From positions 10,573 through 74,572 of the forward strand of contig MFAE01000014.1 of NCBI GenBank assembly GCA_001774495.1: a stretch of DNA of 64,000 nt. Reading direction: 5' to 3'. Numbering within the stretch: the stretch's first letter is position 1; every line of letters starts with the position of its first letter. Below are positions 1 to 7,601 of the stretch, one piece after another. Both the position numbers and the translations under genes were made by a program. The notes beneath the pieces are model-generated. The model was not told the DNA's origin, did not search any database, and saw only the letters and a list, made by a program, of their open reading frames with translations. This DNA is from Candidatus Campbellbacteria bacterium RIFOXYC2_FULL_35_25 (GTDB lineage Bacteria; Patescibacteriota; Minisyncoccia; Phycocordibacterales; UBA12079).

Positions 1-1
1 A

Positions 2-1966
2 AGAGCATTATTAAGAGAGCAGGGGATACAAGTTCCTGATGAAGTTAGAAAAATAACACAACAAAGTAAAAAATATTTTAAAAATCCTTTAGCTGAATTT
101 ATTTACTACCGTTCTTATTCACGTTGGAGAGAAAAAGACGGCAGAAGAGAGACTTGGATTGAAACTGTGGATAGATATATGGATTTTATGAAGGAAAATG
201 TCGGTAAGAAATTAAATGAAGGAGAATACAAAAAAGTAAGAGAATTTATTTTAACTCAAAAAACAATGCCATCCATGCGTTTAATGTGGAGTGCTGGTAC
301 TGCGGCAAGAAAGACAAATGTTTGTGGCTATAACTGTTCTTTCCTCGCAATTTCTGATCCTCAAGACTTCGGAGAAATCATGTATATCTCAATGTGTGGT
401 GGAGGAGTCGGTTTTAGTGTAGAAAGTCATAATGTTCAAAATCTCCCTCAAATAAAGAAACAAAATGGCGGAAAGATTAAAGCCCATGTCGTTGATGATA
501 GTAAAGAGGGCTGGGCAGATGCTTTTGTTTTAGGTATGAAAGCTTGGTTTGATGGAGGGGATGTTGAGTTTGATTATTCAAAACTTCGTGCTAAAGGAGC
601 AAAATTGAAGACTATGGGGGGGAAGAGTTCTGGACCTGATCCACTAATCGAATTAATGGGTTTTGTGAAGAGAAAGGTTTTAAATAGACAAGGGAAAAGA
701 CTTTCAAACTTGGATGTTCATGACATTGTTTGCAAGATAGGAGAAATCGTCGTGTCTGGTGGAGTAAGAAGAACAGCCTTAATCTCTTTGTCTGATTTAG
801 ATGACAGAGAAATGAGATCTGCGAAATTTGGTCAATTTTATATTACGGAACCTCAAAGAAGTATTGCGAATAATTCCGCTATTTATAATGAAAAGCCAAC
901 CAATCTTGAATTTATGGACGAATGGGTTGCTCTTATGAAGAGTGGTTCTGGAGAAAGAGGAATTTTTAATCGAGGCTCATTAGAAAAACAAATGCCAGAA
1001 AGAAGATGGGCAACTTTTAAGAAAGATTTAGATAGTTCAGGAGTAAATCCTTGCGGTGAAATTGTTTTAAAGTCAAAACAGTTTTGTAATCTATCAGAAA
1101 TAGTCGCGCGAGTAGACGATACCGAAAAAACACTTATTGAAAAAGCTAAAATTGCCGCGATTTTAGGAACATATCAATCAACCCTAACTAACTTTGGTTA
1201 TTTGTCTAAAGATTGGGAAAAGAATTGTAAGGAGGAAAGGTTGTTGGGAGTTTCGATTACTGGGCAATGGGATTGCAAGATTTTAAGAAACAATGATGCT
1301 TTGTTGAGAAAATTAAAAAATCAGATAATAAAAACAAACAGAGAATATGCAAAGAAGTTCGGGGTTAACGCTTCAACCGCCACTACTTGTGTTAAACCTT
1401 CAGGAACAGTTTCTCAACTAGTAGACTCTTCTTCAGGTATGCATCCAAGACACTCAGAATATTATATAAGAAGAGTTCGAATTTCATCTACGGACAGTTT
1501 GTTCGAAATGCTGAAAGACCAAGGAGTTCCTTATTACCCAGAAGTTGGGCAAAGTATGGAAACTGCAAATACCTATGTATTAGAGTTCCCAGTAAAGGCT
1601 CCACTTAAATCAGTTTTTAAAAATGACCTAACAGGTATTCAACAATTGGAACAATGGAAAGAGGTAAAGGTTAATTTTACAGAACACAATCCTTCGGTAA
1701 CGGTTTCTGTTGGGGAAAATGAATGGATAGAAGTAGGGAATTGGGTTTATGAAAATTGGGAAATTGTTGGAGGACTTTCATTTTTGCCTCGCTCCAACCA
1801 TGTTTACAAAATGGCTCCGTATGAAGAGATAGACAAGAAGACTTATGAAGAAATGTTAAAAAGATTCAAGAACATAGATTTCTCCAAGATTGTTACTTAC
1901 GAAAAAGAAGACGAGACCGAGGGAGCAAAAGAGATGGCTTGTGTAGCAGGGCTTTGTGAGGTGTAA
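2..1966 (+). CDS. nrdJ: Class II (adenosylcobalamin-dependent) ribonucleotide reductase, 5'-partial. The frame is open back to the window start, so the tool's start at 167 is internal.
   Basis: Frame is stop-free from nt 2; N-terminal FIYYRSYSRW..ETWIETVDR motif; active-site loop NPCGEI; C-terminal redox cysteines CVAGLC. Confidence 0.7.
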   Translation, partial: RALLREQGIQVPDEVRKITQQSKKYFKNPLAEFIYYRSYSRWREKDGRRETWIETVDRYMDFMKENVGKKLNEGEYKKVREFILTQKTMPSMRLMWSAGTAARKTNVCGYNCSFLAISDPQDFGEIMYISMCGGGVGFSVESHNVQNLPQIKKQNGGKIKAHVVDDSKEGWADAFVLGMKAWFDGGDVEFDYSKLRAKGAKLKTMGGKSSGPDPLIELMGFVKRKVLNRQGKRLSNLDVHDIVCKIGEIVVSGGVRRTALISLSDLDDREMRSAKFGQFYITEPQRSIANNSAIYNEKPTNLEFMDEWVALMKSGSGERGIFNRGSLEKQMPERRWATFKKDLDSSGVNPCGEIVLKSKQFCNLSEIVARVDDTEKTLIEKAKIAAILGTYQSTLTNFGYLSKDWEKNCKEERLLGVSITGQWDCKILRNNDALLRKLKNQIIKTNREYAKKFGVNASTATTCVKPSGTVSQLVDSSSGMHPRHSEYYIRRVRISSTDSLFEMLKDQGVPYYPEVGQSMETANTYVLEFPVKAPLKSVFKNDLTGIQQLEQWKEVKVNFTEHNPSVTVSVGENEWIEVGNWVYENWEIVGGLSFLPRSNHVYKMAPYEEIDKKTYEEMLKRFKNIDFSKIVTYEKEDETEGAKEMACVAGLCEV

Positions 1967-2002
1967 GTAAGATTTAAGATTTAAGATTTAGGAATAAAAA
2001 AC

Positions 2003-2047
2003 AAATGGCTCAAATTGCTTCGCAATTTGAGCCATTTGTTTTCTTTG
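2003..2047 (+). terminator. Rho-independent terminator after nrdJ
   Basis: Hairpin caaatggctcaaattgc/gcaatttgagccatttg followed by a T-run. Confidence 0.6.
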
Positions 2048-2134
2048 TGGAGGCAAGGTATGAAGTAATTTAGAGGTAAAGACTCCATTGAGAAGGTTCG
2101 TATAGGTAAGTTACTTAAATTTTAGCTATTTTGT

Positions 2135-2163
2135 TTGACAAATACTTTTGTTTGTTATATAAT
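2135..2163 (+). promoter_or_regulatory. Near-consensus sigma70-type promoter TTGACA-17-TATAAT
   Basis: TTGACA at 2135-2140 and TATAAT at 2158-2163 with a 17-nt spacer. Confidence 0.5.
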
Positions 2164-2169
2164 TAATAA

Positions 2170-2468
2170 TAGAAATAGAGTTGGCATAAGGCTGACTCTG
2201 AAAAATCACGGGGGTGATAAGATGGCTCGACAGGTTGTTATTATAGAAAAAAACGGAAGCAAGACTACCCAAAGGGTAATTTGGGTAGAAGAAGGCAGAA
2301 GGGCTTCTCAGGTGAGCGCCGAAACCTTCTTTTCAACTTCGGCTGGGAGGGGAAGTAACCCCAAACGACTTCGTCAATCTGCTCGTATTCGCTAGCGCTA
2401 ACATGAGCACAAAAAGCCCTGGGAGGATTCACATCTCCCGGGGCTTTCATTTTTATTTGATTTTTTTT
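2170..2468 (+). ncRNA. Candidate ~300-nt non-coding transcript, family unassigned. It is bounded by the consensus promoter and a 9-bp GC hairpin terminator at 2417-2443 plus a T-tract. An alternative reading is a 57-aa basic ORF at 2222..2395.
   Basis: GC-richer than its surroundings; no convincing long ORF (the 86-aa tool ORF starts inside the promoter); hairpin ccctgggag..ctcccgggg then tttcatttttatttgatttttttt. Confidence 0.3.
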
Positions 2469-2581
2469 AGAAATCGTGTAATATATAGTGATTATATGGA
2501 GCGAGCATATAATTACGTCACTCGGATTATATAAAAACACATTATTATCATAATCGTTTTTACAAATCCTCGCTAGAAATT

Positions 2582-2899
2582 ATGAAATTTGCAGTAATAG
2601 AAACAGGAGGAAAACAATATAAGGTATCAGAAGGTGATATCATTAAGATTGAGAAACTTTCCGATGAAAATAAAGTAGGAGATAAGATAACTTTTGATAA
2701 GGTGCTTCTTATTGATGATGGAAAAACAACAAAGATAGGTTCTCCTTATATAGCAAAAGCTGTTGTTTCCGCAACACTTGAAGAAGAAGGAAAAGACAAA
2801 AAAATTCACATCATAAAATTTAAATCAAAGAGTAACTATTCAAAGAAGATAGGACACCGACAACCTTTTAATAAGGTAAAAGTTGAGAAGATTGCTTAA
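2582..2899 (+). CDS. rplU: 50S ribosomal protein L21
   Basis: MKFAVIETGGKQYKVSEGD matches the L21 N-terminal signature; 105 aa. Confidence 0.9.
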   Translation: MKFAVIETGGKQYKVSEGDIIKIEKLSDENKVGDKITFDKVLLIDDGKTTKIGSPYIAKAVVSATLEEEGKDKKIHIIKFKSKSNYSKKIGHRQPFNKVKVEKIA

Positions 2900-2905
2900 A
2901 TGATA

Positions 2906-2929
2906 AAATCCCCGCAAGGGGATTTTTTA
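2906..2929 (+). terminator. Rho-independent terminator after rplU
   Basis: aaatccccgcaaggggattttttag. Confidence 0.7.
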
Positions 2930-3227
2930 GTAGGTTCTATGGAAAGTAAGTTTATTTCCTCGTCCTTATTATGAGAGGAAGTTTTGAAAAAAGATTTCTT
3001 TTGAGAGACTGCACTCTCCTGAATAATTTGCTAAAGTGAGATTTCTCCTTTAAAAAATTTTTACGTTCTTGGCGGGTGAAAGGAAATACTTTTCTTTTTG
3101 TAGGCATAGAACCTCCTCGTAAGTTGAAAGGACCATTATTTTTCTAAATAAACAATAGCAAAGGTATGTTTAGTTTACAAGTTTTTAGGTAGCAAAAGCG
3201 CTAGAATTTTTATCCTTTTTGTATTAT

Positions 3228-3331
3228 AATTGCGAGCGAGGATAAATAAGAATAAATCTAAATTTATTCTTATTATATCCGAGCGAAGGAATTATATGCT
3301 TCGCATATAATTGCGAGCGAGGATAAATAAG
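3228..3331 (+). repeat. Two direct copies of the 25-nt motif ATAATTGCGAGCGAGGATAAATAAG, separated by small hairpins, just upstream of tRNA-Cys
   Basis: Exact 25-mer at 3228-3252 and 3307-3331; related TATAATTGCGAGC at 20744-20756; the CGAGCGAG/CTCGCT motif also occurs near the rplU start. Confidence 0.6.
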
Positions 3332-3347
3332 GGGGAATCGGATAAAA

Positions 3348-3419
3348 GGCGTAGTGGCGAAGTGGTAACGCTGTGGTTTGCAAAACCACCATGCGCCGGT
3401 TCGATTCCGGCCTACGCCT
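3348..3419 (+). tRNA. tRNA-Cys (GCA)
   Basis: Acceptor GGCGTAG/CTACGCC, anticodon loop TTGCAAA, T-arm GCCGGTTCGATTCCGGC, discriminator T. Confidence 0.85.
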
Positions 3420-3436
3420 CAGTTGTTCTTTAAATT

Positions 3437-3518
3437 GCCTAGGTGGCGGAATTGGTATACGCGCACGACTTAAAATCGTGTCTCTCACGGGATGCGGGTT
3501 CGACTCCCGCCCTAGGCA
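3437..3518 (+). tRNA. tRNA-Leu (TAA)
   Basis: Acceptor GCCTAGG/CCTAGGC, anticodon loop CTTAAAA, long variable arm, T-arm GCGGGTTCGACTCCCGC. Confidence 0.85.
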
Positions 3519-3900
3519 CATTAGAAATACTAAATATAATTTATTAAAAATTATATTTAGTATTTCTAATTCGTAAGTTGAGGGAGTCGAACAGAACTTT
3601 TTAAAAGCAAATTTCTTTGCTTTTAAAAAGTCCGAGGCTTCGGAGGAAAAAATTTTGATGTCGTTTCACGACCAAAAATTTTTGGAGGAGAAGGACTCCC
3701 GCCCTAGGCACATTAGAAACATTGAATATATTTTTTGTGGGGTATATTCAATGTTTCTAATCCGTAGGTTGCGGGAGTCGAACAGAACTTTTTAAAAGCA
3801 AATTTTTTTGCTTTTAAAAAGTCCGAGGCTTCGGAGGAAAAAGTTTTCTTTATCGCTTTGCGATTGAAAACTTTTGAGGGAGAAGGACTCCCGCCCTAGG
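3519..3900 (+). repeat. Two tandem ~190-nt structured units (3519-3710 and 3711-3900). Each ends with a direct copy of the tRNA-Leu 3' end (GGACTCCCGCCCTAGG, followed by CA in the first unit).
   Basis: Each unit has a ~50-nt perfect palindrome (cattagaaatactaaatataatttattaaaaattatatttagtatttctaat), then tcgtaag, then gagggagtcgaacagaac (the reverse complement of the Leu T-arm), then small hairpins, then the tRNA 3' copy. Confidence 0.7.
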
Positions 3901-3914
3901 AAAATTAGAAATAT

Positions 3915-3987
3915 CCGTTCGTAGCTCAGTTGGTAGAGCAACCGGCTCTTAACCGGTAGGTCGAAGGTTCGAACCCTTCCGAGCGGA
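3915..3987 (+). tRNA. tRNA-Lys (CTT)
   Basis: Acceptor CCGTTCG/CGAGCGG with one G-U pair, anticodon loop CTCTTAA, T-arm GAAGGTTCGAACCCTTC. Confidence 0.85.
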
Positions 3988-4181
3988 CAAGTGAGCCCTT
4001 TTTGGGCGAGCGCGGAAGTTCGGAGAAAAGCAAACAATTTTGCTTTTCGTAAGGGTTCGAACGACGGAACATGTCGAGCAGAGCGAGACAGTGAGTCGCG
4101 TCCAGTAGTACTTAAATTTTTACGAGCGAAGCGAAGTAAAAAGTTTAGTAACTATGGGACGAACCCTTCCGAGCGGACAAG
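3988..4181 (+). repeat. ~190-nt tRNA-linked element ending with a direct copy of the tRNA-Lys 3' end (GGGACGAACCCTTCCGAGCGGACAAG at 4156-4181)
   Basis: Contains ttcgtaagGGTTCGAACgacggaacatg (reverse complement of the Lys T-arm) and a core related to the Trp- and Ala-linked elements. Confidence 0.65.
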
Positions 4182-4566
4182 CGAGTCTTTATTAGATGAG
4201 CATAAAAAAAGTACAAAAACATTTATAAATTAAAAAATAATAAGTATGTCACAAGATCAATTGATAAAACTAGCATGCCAGGATTGTAAAAGGATTAATT
4301 ACTGGAGCAGGAAAAACAAAAAACTTGTCACCAAAAAGATAGAACTTAAAAAGTTTTGTAAGTGGTGTAAGAAGCAGACTAATCACAAAGAAGTTAAGAA
4401 ATAAACTTAAATTTAGCGCAGGGCTTTGTCGGTTTCAGAAAAATTTGTTTCACCGTATTTGTAATACGTTTCAAAAAATTTTTCCTTACCTCCTCGCCCT
4501 GCATCTAAATTAAAATTTATTTAACGATTTTGTAATTTGGTGATTGAAATTTGTTATTTTAAACAC

Positions 4567-4638
4567 TGGGTCTATAGTTTCAATGGTAAAACATCGGTTT
4601 CCAAAACCGCAGTTCGAGGTTCGAGTCCTCGTGGACCC
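4567..4638 (+). tRNA. tRNA-Trp (CCA)
   Basis: Acceptor GGGTCTA/TGGACCC, anticodon loop TTCCAAA, T-arm CGAGGTTCGAGTCCTCG, discriminator G. Confidence 0.8.
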
Positions 4639-4682
4639 GCAAAATAAAAGCCCCCTAAGGGGGCTTTTATTTTGCGGGTCCA
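4630..4682 (+). terminator. Perfect 25-bp inverted repeat with a 3-nt loop that incorporates the tRNA-Trp 3' acceptor strand; probable intrinsic terminator
   Basis: gtggacccgcaaaataaaagccccc taa gggggcttttattttgcgggtccac. Confidence 0.6.
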
Positions 4683-4692
4683 CAGCAAAGTG

Positions 4693-4870
4693 CCTGCGCA
4701 CTTTGCGTGAGGACTCGAACGGCGGAGACATGTTTTGCAAAGCAAAACAGTCGAGCCGCGTCCAGCGATACTTTGTAAATTTTGAGGTACGAAAAAATTT
4801 ACTTAGTAATCGCGGGACGAGTCCTCGTGAAAGTGCCTGCGCACTTTGCGTGAGGGCTCGAACGGCGGAG
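4693..4870 (+). repeat. tRNA-Trp-linked element. It ends with a direct copy of the T-loop/T-stem (GGGACGAGTCCTCGTG, 4814-4829) and is followed by a second partial copy of its 5' part (4830-4870).
   Basis: aaagtgcctgcgcacttt hairpin, then gcgtgaGGACTCGAACggcggagacatgttttgcaaagcaaaacagtcgagccgcgtccag; the hairpin plus gagggctcgaacggcggag is repeated at 4830-4870. Confidence 0.65.
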
Positions 4871-4940
4871 CAGTTTTGTGAATATAAAAAAGAGGTGTGC
4901 CCATCACGAGCACACCTCCTTGTTCTTAAACCCAGAGCCA

Positions 4941-5504
4941 TTAGTTTGGCCATGCTTCAATCAAAGCTTCGAGAATTCTTGCCATTTCCATACTGCCACC
5001 ACATTGCCCAGTGACGATTGCTTCGTCGACAAACCCATGTTTTTTGAGGTTCTGTAGACTCGGAAATTTATCCTTAAGGCCACAATCGCAAGTTAGCGTC
5101 GCGATGTAAGCATCCGGGAAGTCATCCCTTAAGGACTCGGTAAAATGAGTGGCTTCAGAAAAGCCAGACAGCCCGAGGTAAATCATGAAAAATAGGTTCT
5201 CGTGCAGGACAACTTCTGGATGTTCCCCGAGCAAACATTGTTCTACGTTTTGCTGGCAAATACTGGCCCTCATCTCCATTTGTGAAGGAGATGACCATTC
5301 CGAAACTCGTTCTCTGTGTCCATTTTCCGTTTCGCTCGCCGAGTAAACACTCAAACCTTGTTTCCCCGTGTCCACTTGGCCCCTATAACCCTGAATGCTG
5401 TTATAGGAGGTGAAGACGGCCGATAATTGACTTTTGCCTTTAATAATTTCTGGTATCTTCGCAATAAAATCTTCGGGTTTGATTAGCATCTCGGATTCCT
5501 CCAC
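4941..5504 (-). CDS. Hypothetical protein with visibly higher GC than its neighbours
   Basis: 187-aa ORF containing CDCG and GQCGGS motifs; a hairpin terminator at 4893-4920 lies downstream on the minus strand; no family recognised. Confidence 0.45.
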   Translation of the reverse strand: MEESEMLIKPEDFIAKIPEIIKGKSQLSAVFTSYNSIQGYRGQVDTGKQGLSVYSASETENGHRERVSEWSSPSQMEMRASICQQNVEQCLLGEHPEVVLHENLFFMIYLGLSGFSEATHFTESLRDDFPDAYIATLTCDCGLKDKFPSLQNLKKHGFVDEAIVTGQCGGSMEMARILEALIEAWPN

Positions 5505-5606
5505 AGAGAAGATTAATATAAAAGACTACCTACTCGAAATCTACGGTAAAAGGTACCAGGAAAAAATATTTTTGTCAACAAAAAACCCCTTACGGGGTTC
5601 CTCAAA

Positions 5607-5936
5607 CTAAGACCGGCTTTCCTTAGATATTTCATCAATCCTTTGCCTATTTTTTTCTCCTTTATCTATTTCAAAATCAAAAAAGGGAACTGATTTCATC
5701 TTTAATTTACTCTTTGCAAAACTCTTGAAGTCTTTCCTTTTTCTCTTTACGAAATTTAGCGCCGATTCTTCTCCAGCAGTTGGATAAACTGTTATAAAAA
5801 TTGTAGCACGTTTTAAGTCTTTTGAAACATCCGCGCTTGTAACCGTAATCAAAGAAGTATAGTTAGATTCGTTCTGCAAAAACTGTGCCGCCAAGCTCTT
5901 TAATAATTCTGTTACTTTTTCTTGTCTTTGGGTCAT
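5607..5936 (-). CDS. rbfA: Ribosome-binding factor A
   Basis: 109 aa starting MTQRQEKVTELLKSLAAQFL, a typical RbfA N-terminus; sits upstream of infB in the usual operon order. Confidence 0.8.
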   Translation of the reverse strand: MTQRQEKVTELLKSLAAQFLQNESNYTSLITVTSADVSKDLKRATIFITVYPTAGEESALNFVKRKRKDFKSFAKSKLKMKSVPFFDFEIDKGEKNRQRIDEISKESRS

Positions 5937-6026
5937 AAATTAGTTTTTAGTCTATAGTTTTTAGTTTTTAGATTTGGGAATTAAATTAAATATTAATAAT
6001 TTGTATTCTTATTAGAAATTTATTTT

Positions 6027-7562
6027 CTATTCTTCAACTACGATAAATGCTTCTAGTATATCTCCTGGGGCAATTTCTTTTTTTGATTCAACTACCGAGC
6101 CAAATTCTTCTCCTTCTCTAACTTCTTTGGTTTCGATTTTTTGAGACTGTAAACCAAGAACCTTTCCTTCTCCTATTTCATGCTCTCTTCTTGATATTTT
6201 AACTTTTGCACCGACAGAGATGGTTCCTTCTAATATTTTTCCTCCAATCACTTGCTTGTCTTTTGTTTGGCTAAAAATTCTTATTATTTTCGCCTTACCT
6301 ATAACTTTATTTGTCTTTACCTTGGGAGTTTTTTCTTTTATTTTTTCTTCTAACCACTCAGTCAATTTATATATTATATTGAAAGTATTTGTTTGAATTT
6401 TCATTTTCTCTGAAGAATCCTTGGCCTCTCTGTCTATTTTTACATTGAATCCAACTACGATAGTATTTGGGTCTCCTCCCGCTGTTTGGATATCATTTTC
6501 TGTTACATTTCCGACTCCCGCTTTAATTATTTTTACTGTAACTCGTTCATTTTTGATTTTCTCTATTTCGTGTTGAATTGCCTCTAGGGTTCCGAGAACA
6601 TCCACTTTTATGATTATTGGGATTATGGCTTTTTCTCCAGTAAAATCTGTTTCAGTGGCTCCCTGTTCTTTTGTCCCTTTGTTTTCTTTTATTTCTTTAC
6701 TTGCTATATATTCAAGTGCTTTTTTTTCAGCATCTTTTTTGGAACTGAAAGAATAAAAAGGGGAACCCACGGTGGGGATCTCCTTAAACCCTGTGACTTT
6801 TATTGGGCTCGAGAAAGAAGCTTCTTTTATTGGTTCGCCCAAGAAATTATTCATTGTCCTGACTGGTGCATATTTATCTTCGCAAACAATGAAAGAACCT
6901 GTTTTTAATGTTCCATCTTTAACCACCAAAGTAACACAAACTCCTTTTTTGGAATCGTGGTTGGCTTCAAGAACAATCCCTTCAGCTAATTTACTCTCAT
7001 CACTCCTTAATTCTTCCATTTCTGCCATTAAAAGGACGTTATCAAGCAATTCAGACACTCCTTCTCCTGTCTTGGCTGATATCGGGTTGTAGGGGATATC
7101 CCCACCATAACCTTCCAAATATATTTCATTTTCAATTAAGTTCTGTTTTACTTTCTCAACATTGGCTCCGGGTCTGTCTATTTTATTAATAGCCACAATA
7201 AAAGGAATCCCGGCTTCTTTTATGGACTTCAGAGCCTCTAGTGTTTGTGGCTTTGGTCCTTCTTCGGCTGATATGATAAGAATAGCAATATCAGCTATAT
7301 TTGCCCCTCTTAGACGCATAGCAGTAAAGGCCGCGTGTCCTGGGGTGTCGAGAAAAGTTATTTTTTTATTTTTTCCATCCTTGGTTTTATGGACAACTTC
7401 ATAGGCTGAAATATGCTGGGTAATTCCTCCCGCTTCTCCCTCAACAATATTTGATTTTCTTATGTAGTCTAGGAGGGCAGATTTTCCATGGTCAATATGC
7501 CCCATAATAGCAATTACAGGCGGTCTCTCAACAGTATTGTTTTTTTCTGCATTTTTATCCAT
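6027..7562 (-). CDS. infB: Translation initiation factor IF-2, short form (511 aa)
   Basis: G-domain motifs GHIDHGKS, DTPGH and NKID. Confidence 0.9.
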   Translation of the reverse strand: MDKNAEKNNTVERPPVIAIMGHIDHGKSALLDYIRKSNIVEGEAGGITQHISAYEVVHKTKDGKNKKITFLDTPGHAAFTAMRLRGANIADIAILIISAEEGPKPQTLEALKSIKEAGIPFIVAINKIDRPGANVEKVKQNLIENEIYLEGYGGDIPYNPISAKTGEGVSELLDNVLLMAEMEELRSDESKLAEGIVLEANHDSKKGVCVTLVVKDGTLKTGSFIVCEDKYAPVRTMNNFLGEPIKEASFSSPIKVTGFKEIPTVGSPFYSFSSKKDAEKKALEYIASKEIKENKGTKEQGATETDFTGEKAIIPIIIKVDVLGTLEAIQHEIEKIKNERVTVKIIKAGVGNVTENDIQTAGGDPNTIVVGFNVKIDREAKDSSEKMKIQTNTFNIIYKLTEWLEEKIKEKTPKVKTNKVIGKAKIIRIFSQTKDKQVIGGKILEGTISVGAKVKISRREHEIGEGKVLGLQSQKIETKEVREGEEFGSVVESKKEIAPGDILEAFIVVEE

Positions 7563-7601
7563 ATTATTTTTTTTGAAATGTGAAGCCTCTTCATAAAAGT
7601 A

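Noticed and set aside
1967-1996. Short tandem repeat taagatttaagatttaagattta after nrdJ
   Set aside because: Only about three units of 8 nt; simple slippage-type microsatellite without further structure
2135-2395. 86-aa tool ORF on the plus strand
   Set aside because: Its start lies inside the predicted -35/-10 promoter, so the full ORF cannot be translated from that transcript; only the internal 57-aa version (2222..2395) remains a weak alternative
2205-2470. tmRNA (ssrA) hypothesis for the GC-rich segment, because GGGGGTGATAAGATGGCTCGACAGG resembles a tmRNA 5' acceptor/D-analog
   Set aside because: No complementary 3' acceptor strand (CACCCCC + CCA-type end), no T-arm GGTTCGANTCC in the 3' part, and no plausible tag-peptide reading frame ending in a hydrophobic ..LAA-like tail; kept only as an unassigned candidate ncRNA
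3519-3900. CRISPR array check for the tandem ~190-nt units
   Set aside because: Units are far too long, contain tRNA 3' fragments and long palindromes, have no short repeat/spacer alternation, and no cas genes are nearby
3273-5014. Tool ORFs 3273..3521(-), 3373..3576(+), 3792..4037(-), 3991..4233(+), 4510..4953(-), 4544..5014(+)
   Set aside because: They overlap tRNA genes and the tRNA-linked structured elements; GC-rich RNA regions generate spurious open frames
6772-7404. ORFs 6772..7092(+) and 7162..7404(+)
   Set aside because: Antisense within infB
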